In this document: in pieces, positions 20,119 to 28,429 of the stretch
Position numbering within the stretch: position 1 is the first letter of the stretch
Layout: the number at the start of each line of letters is the position of its first letter
NCBI RefSeq assembly: GCF_051876855.1
Contig: NZ_JBJEIH010000024.1
Location: 11,924 to 75,923, forward strand
Origin: Bifidobacterium sp.
GTDB lineage: Bacteria > Actinomycetota > Actinomycetes > Actinomycetales > Bifidobacteriaceae
Reading direction: 5' to 3'
DNA: 64,000 nt
Translations under genes and position numbers: made by a program
The notes under the pieces: generated by a model
The model's database searches: none
What the model was told of the DNA's origin: nothing
What the model saw: the letters and a program-made list of their open reading frames with translations, nothing else

Positions 20119-20661
20119 ATCATCTGCTTCCTTTCCTTCTGGTAATCCTGTACACGATCCGGAGCCTTGTTCACTCCCCGCTCGCCGCGCGCCCTCTTCC
20201 ACTCGTCGATCGCCCCGTACGCGTCCATCACTGCCCCGCCCGAGCTCCCCCGCGGACGCGCCGGCGGGCACGATGGCGTGCCATATGGAGTCTCCCGGAT
20301 CGTCGCCGCCCGACCTTGGCGCATAGGCGCACACCAGATACCTGCCGCCGGGACTGGTGGAGACCCGGACGAAATCGTTGTTCCGGACGAACGCCCGATG
20401 CGTCCTGTACCTCGTGTCATACCTCCAGGAATTCCTCCTTTCCTCGAGGCTCAGCTCGAGCTGGCCCGTGCGCTCGATGAACGCGAACGCGTCCAGCACC
20501 GCCCCGCCTATGTCCCCGGCCGTCATGCCGGGGCCCTTCAGGCTCCTGAAGAATCGGTCCGTCACCCGATTGACGCCCCAGGATTCTACGCATGGGCGAA
20601 TCAAGAAACGACTGCCCTCCTTGTCTATCAACACGAATCTGGGATCGAAGTCCGGTTCCAT
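20109..20661 (-). pseudogene. Orphan immunity paralog 1 (single domain) with a +1 frameshift near its C-terminus
   Basis: MEPDFDPRFVLIDKEG...PAGASAGELG, then an extra G in gggcgggg (20234-20241); the homologous GAVMDAYGAIDEWKR continues in another frame; AAAGGA RBS. Confidence 0.7.
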
Positions 20662-20672
20662 ATGCGGTCCTT

Positions 20673-20797
20673 TCACTTGGCGATCTTGTATACGATGCGT
20701 ATGCCCGTGCCGGCATGCTCCCTCTGGAACGCCCTCAGCGCCTCGGCGATGTCGTTGCCGATCGCAGTGTCCGGGAACACGACCTCAAGCATCTTGG
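20673..20797 (-). pseudogene. Orphan toxin C-terminal remnant (last ~40 codons of the toxin)
   Basis: KMLEVVFPDTAIGNDIAEALRAFQREHAGTGIRIVYKIAK*; inverted copy of 24674-24798 with about 9 mismatches in 125 bp. Confidence 0.88.
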
Positions 20798-21162
20798 TGA
20801 AGGCATTGCCGTGTATCGCCTTCCCCGTCTTCCGCTCCCCGGTATCGGCGGTGGCTACGGGAACGGAAGCCTCATTAGATGCACGATTGCTATCTGTGTT
20901 CAGATTGTCTAATCCCTGTGGCTGGTTGTTGTGTTGTCTCATATTCTGGACGTTTCCTGGTTGGTGGGTCAAAGGTTTGACGGCTGTGGTTCCAATGGTT
21001 CCGTTGGCGTTTTGTGTTCTGCCGTCGTTTGCGTTCCGGGGTGTTTGTCTGTTGTAATCGGTTGCGGGCCGCGGCCGTGCGGGCCCGCAGGGAAGTGAGG
21101 GATGCGTGGGGCGTCCGCGGCGGCGCACGCGCCCATGCGATGAGGTCAAGGGAAGAGGGCCT

Positions 21163-24100
21163 ATGAGAGGTTCCCGTCTGTCATGCGTGCTGTGCGCGCT
21201 GCTTTCGATGTTCATGGTGATGCCCGCCTCGGTGGCGTCCGCAGCCACCGATGGAAGCGGCGGATCAGGCGAAGTGACGATTCATTATTACGACAGTGCC
21301 GGCTGGGCGAAGCCGTTCGCGTACATGTACGGCGACGGCGTGCGCTCCGCGTCCTGGCCGGGCGAACGGATGACGGACGACGGCGACGGCTGGTACAGCG
21401 TCACCGTGGACGCGCCGCATGGATTGCGCGTGCTGTTCAGCGACAACGGAAAATCGCAGCACCCCGGAGCGAACCAACCGGGGTACGAGGTCAATGGCGA
21501 AGCCTGGTTCGTGGGGAGCACGCGGCACGACTCCATGCCGGAAGGCATGAAGGTGCACTTCTACGACTACGCGAACTGGGGCAAGGTCCGCCTGTACTAC
21601 TATTCCGAAGCGGCCAGAGGGCCGACGTGGCCGGGCGAGGCCATGCATGCAGACGGTGACGGATGGTATACCGCGACCATCTTCGGAACGCAGCCCGCCC
21701 GCGTGCTGTTCAACGATGGCGGCTCGAGGCAGACCCCGGCAAGCGGTCAGGAAGGTCATCTGGTAACGGCCGAGGCATGGTGCCGCAACGGCGTATGGAC
21801 CGACACGAGACCCGACGGCGTGCTCGTCATGTTCCATAAGCCATCGGGATGGGGCAGCCCCCGAATCTACTATTACACGTCCGATGCCGACACCGGGCCC
21901 GCCTGGCCGGGCAACGCCATGAAGCACATGGCGGACGGCTGGTATTCCTACACGATAACGAAATACGCCAAGGCGCGTGTGCTGTTCAACGACGGCGGGC
22001 ATCAGGTTCCCGCAAAGAGCGCGCCCGGCTACGAGGCGTCCGGGGTATGCCGTTGGGACGGCGGCGACTGGTCCTGCGGCGATCCGGCCATCGACGGCGA
22101 CGATGACGGCGTGCCCGATGTACTGGGCATGATGCTCGGCGGCGATAGCGACACCGACGGTGACGGACTGCCCGATGCGTTCGAAACCATCAGAACAGGC
22201 ACGGACCCCTCCCGCGCCGATAGCGATGGCGACGGCGTGGCGGATGGCGATGAGGATCCGGATGGCGACGGGCTGACGAACCTGAACGAGCGGGAGATCG
22301 GCACGGACCCGATGGCGGCCGATACGGATGGCGACGGGCTGACCGACGGCGAGGAAACGACGCGCACTCATACCGATCCCCTCAAATCGGACACGGACGG
22401 CGATGGCGTGGACGACCGGCGTGAGATCCAATGGGGCACGGACCCGCTCGTACCTCAGGAGACGTTCGATGTGACGGCACCCGCCGAGGATGTTGGGCAA
22501 GGCGACGTGGACGTGTCCGTGTCGGTGAATCTCCCCGCGAGCCAGGCCGCCACCCTCGACGTGCGCAGATACGACAACCCGTCGTATTTCCCGGACGATA
22601 TGCCGGGGCTCATAGGGGATGCGTACGAGTTCACCGTTGACGGGCAGGTGGGGTCCGCGACGCTGCGCTTCCGCTTCGACGAATCGCTGTTGTCGGATTC
22701 GTCGTTCGACCCGGCCATCTGCTGGTTCGACGAAAAGGAACAGCGGCTCGAGGAACTCGATACCACCGTGACCGGAAACGAGGCCACGGCGACGGTCTCG
22801 CATTTCTCGAAATACGTGCTGGTGAACCGGACCACGTTCCACGACTCGTTCTCATGGGAGGACGTGTGGGGCGACGAACAGTTCAACGCGGTGCAGACGG
22901 TGTTCGTCATAGACGATTCGGGCAGCATGTGGAGCAACGACCGCGGGAAGAAGCGCCTTTCCGTGGCCCGCGACCTTGTAGGGCGCTTCCCGGGGAACAC
23001 CCGCACCGGCGTCGTGCGCTTCGCGGACGGAGCCACGGACCTGACCGGCGGGCTTACGGATGCGCAGACCGCGAAGAACGCCCTGGCGGATGCGAACTTC
23101 CACGATTCGGGCGGCACCAGCATGTACCTGGCCGTACGGCAGGCCCTGAACATGTTCCAGGGCGACGATGATGCGACGCTACGCAACATCATCGTGCTTT
23201 CCGACGGGGAGACTGCCGATACGCGGCTGCATGACAGCGTGGTCGCCGAAGCCAACAAGCGCAAGGTCAAGATCAACGCGGTCGGACTGGGCGGAGGCGG
23301 CCCCGGATCATATTTCGAGCGATGGATGAAACCGCTGGCCAGCCAGACCGGCGGCGAATCCTATCTCGCCCAGGACGCCGATGCGCTGGCCGGCATCTAC
23401 GAGAACATCGGCAAGCTCATCGACATCGAGACCGACAACGACGGCGACGGCATCGCCGACTGGTACGAGGACCATCTCGTGCTGTTCAACGGCGTCTCGC
23501 TCAAACTCGACAAGAACAATCCCGACACGGACGGCGACGGCATCCCCGACGGCGAGGAGATCGACCGCCTCGACTACCGGTACAACGCCGACCGCACCAA
23601 GGTGATTGTCACCGGACGGCTCATCACGAACCCCACACTGGTCGATTCGGACGGTGACGGCATCGCCGACGCGGACGAACCGGACCCGACGACCGACCCG
23701 ATGAATCCCGACACGGACGGCGACGGGTTGACCGACGGCGACGAAGTGCGCCGCAACTTCGACCCGACCTCGCCCGACCCAGACGGCGACGGGCGGCGCG
23801 ACGACAGGGAGCTCGCCGACGACACCAGCCCGTACGTGTACGACAAGGCATGGTACGAGCAGTTCGCCTGCTTCGTGGTCGGAGCGCTTGCGGGGGACTT
23901 CATCACCGATGACGACGACCCCGTCACCCTGGCCGGCCAGATCATCGGGGGCGTCATCCCCACATCCGATGTTCGCGACGCCATAGCGAACGTGAAGCAC
24001 GGCGATTACGCATTCGCCGCGATCAGCGCCGCGGGCATCGTCCCCGCCGCCGGCGACGCGGCCAAGGGCGCGGCGAAGGCCGGCAGATTCATCCTGCGCA

Positions 24101-24798
24101 ACATAGACGACCCGGCGAAGGCCGCAAGACTGCTGGCCATACTGGAGGAGAGCTGCCCGAGCGTGGTCGCCAAGCTCGGCGGCAGCGACGGATTCGTCAA
24201 GGCCGCCGCCAGCTTCTCCCAGACCGGCCACGCAAGACTCACCAAAAAAGAGAAGCAGCATCTCGTCAAGGCCGTCAACAAGGCCGGTCTCGCCAAGCAT
24301 CTGGTCACATCCGGTAGGGACCTGCCCATCGCGGCCACAATCGACACCGGCAAGAACGTCTGGAACGAGCGGTGGCTGAAACGCGGCGACATCATCGACG
24401 AACACCTGAACGGGCATTCCACGGGCCGCGGCCTGGGCCGCACGTTCCCGGTCGCGGACAGGCTGGAGAACAGGGTCCTGGTGAGCACGAAAAGCCTCGA
24501 CCTGGACGCGCGCAGCTACCAGACGCCCGGCAGGCTGAGATCCAGACTCAACAAGTACGTGAAGGATCTCGAGGGATTCGAGGACAAGTATCTGAATAAG
24601 GTGGATAGTGAAGGCCACAGGTACAGAAAGATTGGAAATAGGGATAAACGTCTGTCCGAAAAGGACTATGACTCCAAGATGCTGGAGGTCGTGTTCCCGG
24701 ACACCGCCATCGGCAACGACATCGCCGGGGCGCTGAGGGCGTTCCAGAGGGAGCATGCCGGCACGGGCATACGCATCGTGTACAAGATCGCGAAATAG
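21163..24798 (+). CDS. Secreted polymorphic toxin: signal peptide, 3x CBM26-like, Ca-binding DxDxDG repeats, ZU5-like, vWA, repeats, pre-toxin helices, CdiA-EC869-like nuclease
   Basis: MRGSRLSCVLCALLSMFMVMPASVASA signal; three WPG..M...GWY...RVLF.D repeats; DTDGDG repeats; VSHFSKY; VFVIDDSGSM MIDAS; RGDIIDEHL..FPVAD..STKSLDL..SY..YVKDL toxin signature. Confidence 0.8.
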   Translation: MRGSRLSCVLCALLSMFMVMPASVASAATDGSGGSGEVTIHYYDSAGWAKPFAYMYGDGVRSASWPGERMTDDGDGWYSVTVDAPHGLRVLFSDNGKSQHPGANQPGYEVNGEAWFVGSTRHDSMPEGMKVHFYDYANWGKVRLYYYSEAARGPTWPGEAMHADGDGWYTATIFGTQPARVLFNDGGSRQTPASGQEGHLVTAEAWCRNGVWTDTRPDGVLVMFHKPSGWGSPRIYYYTSDADTGPAWPGNAMKHMADGWYSYTITKYAKARVLFNDGGHQVPAKSAPGYEASGVCRWDGGDWSCGDPAIDGDDDGVPDVLGMMLGGDSDTDGDGLPDAFETIRTGTDPSRADSDGDGVADGDEDPDGDGLTNLNEREIGTDPMAADTDGDGLTDGEETTRTHTDPLKSDTDGDGVDDRREIQWGTDPLVPQETFDVTAPAEDVGQGDVDVSVSVNLPASQAATLDVRRYDNPSYFPDDMPGLIGDAYEFTVDGQVGSATLRFRFDESLLSDSSFDPAICWFDEKEQRLEELDTTVTGNEATATVSHFSKYVLVNRTTFHDSFSWEDVWGDEQFNAVQTVFVIDDSGSMWSNDRGKKRLSVARDLVGRFPGNTRTGVVRFADGATDLTGGLTDAQTAKNALADANFHDSGGTSMYLAVRQALNMFQGDDDATLRNIIVLSDGETADTRLHDSVVAEANKRKVKINAVGLGGGGPGSYFERWMKPLASQTGGESYLAQDADALAGIYENIGKLIDIETDNDGDGIADWYEDHLVLFNGVSLKLDKNNPDTDGDGIPDGEEIDRLDYRYNADRTKVIVTGRLITNPTLVDSDGDGIADADEPDPTTDPMNPDTDGDGLTDGDEVRRNFDPTSPDPDGDGRRDDRELADDTSPYVYDKAWYEQFACFVVGALAGDFITDDDDPVTLAGQIIGGVIPTSDVRDAIANVKHGDYAFAAISAAGIVPAAGDAAKGAAKAGRFILRNIDDPAKAARLLAILEESCPSVVAKLGGSDGFVKAAASFSQTGHARLTKKEKQHLVKAVNKAGLAKHLVTSGRDLPIAATIDTGKNVWNERWLKRGDIIDEHLNGHSTGRGLGRTFPVADRLENRVLVSTKSLDLDARSYQTPGRLRSRLNKYVKDLEGFEDKYLNKVDSEGHRYRKIGNRDKRLSEKDYDSKMLEVVFPDTAIGNDIAGALRAFQREHAGTGIRIVYKIAK

Positions 24799-24809
24799 GA
24801 GGAAAATAC

Positions 24810-25775
24810 ATGAGCCAGATAAGGATAGTCTCCATAAACAGGGAGAAGGACAGGTTCCTGGTCTGCCCGTTCGTGATGAGCTGGGGCATCAATCGGGTGA
24901 CGGACCGGTTCTTTCGGAGTCTGAAGGGCCCCGGCGTGACGGCCGGGGATGTGGGCGTGGCGCTGCTGGACTCGTTCGCGTTCATCGAGCGCACGGGCCC
25001 GCTCGAGCTGAGCCTCGAGGAGCAGGAGAACTTCTGGCGGCACGACACCAGATACAGGACGTATCGGGCGTTCGTCCGGAACAACGACCTCGTCGAGGTC
25101 ACCAACTACAAGGACAAGGAATATTGGGTGTACGCATATCCGCCAAGAATCGGCGACGATTGGGACGACGAGGTGTGGCGGGGCACCGTGCCTGCCGGCG
25201 CGTCCGCCGAGGAGCTCGGACAGGCGGTGCTGGACGCGTACGCGGCCATCGACGAGTGGAAGAGAACGCACGGCCGGAGGCCCGCGCCCCGCGTGCCGGT
25301 TGCGCGGAGCGCGGGACTGTGCGACGGGGGCGAGGTGGTCATGCCCGGTCCGGGAGAGGGGTTCGCGGAGCGCACGTCGGCCGCGGGCGAGGTGCTGCTC
25401 GCCTTCGAACGGACCGGACGGGGCGGGGATCCCGTGGCGTCCCTGTACCTGGCCGAGGCGGAGTGGGACGCGGAGGCGGACGGCAGGGAGGCGTGGGACG
25501 AGTGGCTGGAGCGCTGGGAGGGGGATAACGGGCCCGCGCGCTCGGTCTCGCGCGAGCCGTGCGGGGAGGGCCCGTTCACCCGCCGCTGGGAGGCGCGCAA
25601 CGGCTCGTGTCTGACGGTCGCGCTGCTCGCGCCCCGGCCGGACGGCCTGGCCGTCATGCTGTGCCTGGACGCGGCCCGGCCCGGGCGTCGTCCCAAGGCC
25701 GTGGGGCGCTGGGAGGAAGAGCTCCATCGGATCGCACGCGCCGCGACCATCCGACCAGGCAAAACGGAATCTTGA
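24810..25775 (+). CDS. Cognate immunity protein (CdiI/DUF1436-like plus second domain)
   Basis: 11 bp after the toxin stop with AGGAGG RBS; DVGVALLDSF, YRTYRAFVRNN and SAEELGQAVLDA resemble the EC869-type CdiI pattern. Confidence 0.75.
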   Translation: MSQIRIVSINREKDRFLVCPFVMSWGINRVTDRFFRSLKGPGVTAGDVGVALLDSFAFIERTGPLELSLEEQENFWRHDTRYRTYRAFVRNNDLVEVTNYKDKEYWVYAYPPRIGDDWDDEVWRGTVPAGASAEELGQAVLDAYAAIDEWKRTHGRRPAPRVPVARSAGLCDGGEVVMPGPGEGFAERTSAAGEVLLAFERTGRGGDPVASLYLAEAEWDAEADGREAWDEWLERWEGDNGPARSVSREPCGEGPFTRRWEARNGSCLTVALLAPRPDGLAVMLCLDAARPGRRPKAVGRWEEELHRIARAATIRPGKTES

Positions 25776-25796
25776 GAATGTGAGGCAATAGTGAAA

Positions 25797-25848
25797 ACAA
25801 TAATCGCGGTGAAAGCAGCGTTTGCATTGCTTTCACCGCGATTATTGT
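25797..25848. terminator. Perfect 21-bp inverted repeat at the right end of the toxin island
   Basis: acaataatcgcggtgaaagca-10 nt-tgctttcaccgcgattattgt. Confidence 0.7.
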
Positions 25849-25967
25849 GGAGCATAAGGAATCCACTGGGCTTCTGCGTCACGCTCCGTTTGCAATTATT
25901 GACCGGCCTTGCGGCCGGACGGTCATATCTCCTCGTTCGGCACTGTCGTGCCTCTCTCGGCGGGGCT

Positions 25968-25994
25968 ACGTAGAAGCCCACCGGGCTTCTACGT
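25968..25994 (-). terminator. Hairpin directly after the trmL stop
   Basis: acgtagaagccc acc gggcttctacgt. Confidence 0.7.
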
Positions 25995-26635
25995 CACGCC
26001 CCGCCCTTGAAGCCCATTTGGCGCCAGGCTTCGTAGATGGCGATGGAAGCACAGTTGGTAAGGTTCAAGCTGCGCAGGCTCGGGCGCATCGGCAGACGCA
26101 CCTGCTCAGCCACATGCGGGCCGGCCATAATGTCCATCGGATCGGGAATATTGCCCGGTTCCGGGCCGAACAGCAGAATGTCGGTCGGCTTGTATTCGAT
26201 GTCGGTGTACAACTTGGTGGCGTGCGCGGTGAAGGCGATGATGCGCGAATCGGGCATCGATTCCACCAGATCCTCGAAATTCGGGTGCAGCACCACATGT
26301 GCCATGTCGTGGTAGTCAAGCCCCGCGCGGCGCAGCTTGGTGTCGCGTAGATTGAAGCCCAAGGGCTCCACCAAGTGCAGGATTGTGCCGGTTACGGCGC
26401 ACAGGCGGATTGCGGAACCCGTGTTGCCCGGAATGCGTGGGGAGTAGTAGCACAGATGCGGCGTGGAGGTTTCCGTTTTGGCCGCATCCTTCGCGCTCAG
26501 CATGGCGTCCACCACGGAAATCGGGTTGCCGTGCGCGTCGGTCACCAGCTCGTCCGGCCCGTAATTGGACTTGCGGTACCCGTATTCGAACATCTTTTCG
26601 ACATGATCCTCGGGATTTGCTGCTTCGTTAGTCAT
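25994..26635 (-). CDS. trmL: tRNA (cytidine/uridine-34-2'-O)-methyltransferase, SPOUT family
   Basis: PRIPGNTG, LHLVEPLGF, LRRAGLDY, LFGPE, RSLNL. Confidence 0.92.
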   Translation of the reverse strand: MTNEAANPEDHVEKMFEYGYRKSNYGPDELVTDAHGNPISVVDAMLSAKDAAKTETSTPHLCYYSPRIPGNTGSAIRLCAVTGTILHLVEPLGFNLRDTKLRRAGLDYHDMAHVVLHPNFEDLVESMPDSRIIAFTAHATKLYTDIEYKPTDILLFGPEPGNIPDPMDIMAGPHVAEQVRLPMRPSLRSLNLTNCASIAIYEAWRQMGFKGGA

Positions 26636-26652
26636 GAATGCTAAGAATAGGA

Positions 26653-27558
26653 ATGATGAATGACACCAAGAACCTTAACGCAACCGAAGTCGCGCTGTGC
26701 TTGGCCGCATGGTGGCGGTCCAATGCGCGTGACCTGCCGTGGCGCTTCGGACGGACCGGCGCCTGGGGCATCCTTGTCTCCGAAGTGATGAGCCAGCAGA
26801 CCCAGATGAGCCGTGTCGTACCGTATTGGACGGCATGGATGGAGCGTTGGCCCGACGCCAGTGCGCTCGCCGCCGCGCCCAAGGCTGAGGTCATCACCGC
26901 TTGGGGGCGCCTCGGCTACCCGCGCCGCGCCTTGCGCTTGCAGGAATGCGCCCGTACTGTGGCCAGCCAATACGATAATCAGCTGCCGCGCACCTACGGC
27001 GAGCTGCTGGCGCTGCCGGGTGTGGGTGATTACACCGCCAGCGCGGTGATGAGCTTTGCCTTCGGTGAACGTATCGCCGTGATCGACACCAATATTCGTC
27101 GCGTGATCTCGCGCGTATTCCGTGGTGGGGAATCCTTTGGCGGCGCGGCAAGCCCGGTGGAGCGTGAGACGGCGCGTCGTCTGCTTCCAGAGAACGACCG
27201 CGCATCCGTGGTCTGGAACCAGTCGCTGATGGAACTTGGTGCGACGGTATGCACCGCCAAAGCGCCGTTATGCGACCGGTGCCCGATCGCTGGGCAATGC
27301 GCCTTTCTGCGCAATGGCAGGCCGGGCTTGGGGGAGCGGCGTACCAGGCCTCGCCAACGGTTCCAAGGCACGGACCGGCAGGTGCGCGGACTGGTGCTTG
27401 AGGCGTTGCGCGGGCTGCCGGCTGGCTCAGTATTGGAACGCGAGCAGGCAGAACGGCTCTGGAAGGATCGTATCCAGCTTGACGCGTGCATCGCCTCACT
27501 GGATGATGACGGTCTTGTCGAGATGCTTGCCGACGGCTCGTTGCGCCTGCCGCAGTAG
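26653..27558 (+). CDS. mutY: A/G-specific adenine glycosylase
   Basis: RDLPWR, VSEVMSQQT, LGYPRRA, LPGVGDYTA (HhH-GPD), C-x6-C-x2-C-x5-C Fe-S motif; start uncertain. Confidence 0.93.
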   Translation: MMNDTKNLNATEVALCLAAWWRSNARDLPWRFGRTGAWGILVSEVMSQQTQMSRVVPYWTAWMERWPDASALAAAPKAEVITAWGRLGYPRRALRLQECARTVASQYDNQLPRTYGELLALPGVGDYTASAVMSFAFGERIAVIDTNIRRVISRVFRGGESFGGAASPVERETARRLLPENDRASVVWNQSLMELGATVCTAKAPLCDRCPIAGQCAFLRNGRPGLGERRTRPRQRFQGTDRQVRGLVLEALRGLPAGSVLEREQAERLWKDRIQLDACIASLDDDGLVEMLADGSLRLPQ

Positions 27559-27575
27559 GTAGACTGGGGTACGTT

Positions 27576-28208
27576 ATGACACAGGGCAAGAAGCGCAAGC
27601 GCAAACTCAGCAAGCGGCGGCGGGCGGTGTATCGTCGCCGTCGCATCGTCGTCGGTATCGCATTGGTATTGGCCGTTGCGCTGACGGTGTTCTGCGTGTA
27701 CAGTCTCGGCCGTGGCATGGCGGCGATTGACGCGACAATCCGGCATGACGATCTGATGGCGTTGTCACGCAAGGCTGTGCCTGCTCCCAAGCAGAAAAGC
27801 AAGGTGAAGGATTGCACGGCGTCGAACGTCAAACTGTCACTGCAATCGGATTCGCAGTCGGTGCCTGTCGGCGGGGCGATGAAATTCACTGCGACGATCA
27901 CATTCGTCCCCAAAGACAGCAGCAGTTGCCTGATTGACGCTTCGGACCATTCGCGGGTCCTGACCATCACCTCGGGCGGCGACACTGTATGGCGTTCCGA
28001 CGCGTGCGATGTCGATTCGCGTAAACTGCTGCTCGCGGCGGGGGACACCGATACGCAGACGATGACGTGGAATACGAATCGTTCCGGGCAAACCTGCACC
28101 GAGGATTCGAAATTGCCGAAGGTCGACGCGGGTACGTATACCGCGCAATTGTCGATGAGAGACCATCCGAAAATCGTCAGCAACAAGGTCACCATCACGG
28201 TCCAGTAG
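27576..28208 (+). CDS. Conserved actinobacterial membrane-anchored protein upstream of rpoB
   Basis: Basic N-terminus (VYRRRR), single TM, Cys-containing beta-rich extracellular domain. Confidence 0.8.
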   Translation: MTQGKKRKRKLSKRRRAVYRRRRIVVGIALVLAVALTVFCVYSLGRGMAAIDATIRHDDLMALSRKAVPAPKQKSKVKDCTASNVKLSLQSDSQSVPVGGAMKFTATITFVPKDSSSCLIDASDHSRVLTITSGGDTVWRSDACDVDSRKLLLAAGDTDTQTMTWNTNRSGQTCTEDSKLPKVDAGTYTAQLSMRDHPKIVSNKVTITVQ

Positions 28209-28429
28209 CGGGTGGGATGCGGTGGCGCATGAATCAGCTCCCACAACCGTGACGTCGAGCGTGTCGTGGTTGCGTATCGTATAACAATCGGCTATCCTAT
28301 TGAATTTGCGTAAAGTGTGTCATATTGCGGGCATGCTGACAGTGAAGAAGCGCCCGCGAACAGCATATAGTGGCCGTCCGCCCGCGTTTCCGGGGAACAA
28401 ACGACAAAGCGAGCGATAAGGAACGTCCA

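Noticed and set aside
20673-21248. 191-aa minus-strand ORF as a real gene
   Set aside because: Only the last ~40 codons match the toxin; the rest crosses the promoter region and overlaps the toxin start
19144-25775. Diversity-generating retroelement explaining the paralog variation
   Set aside because: No reverse transcriptase in the window, and differences are mostly third-position changes rather than adenine-specific
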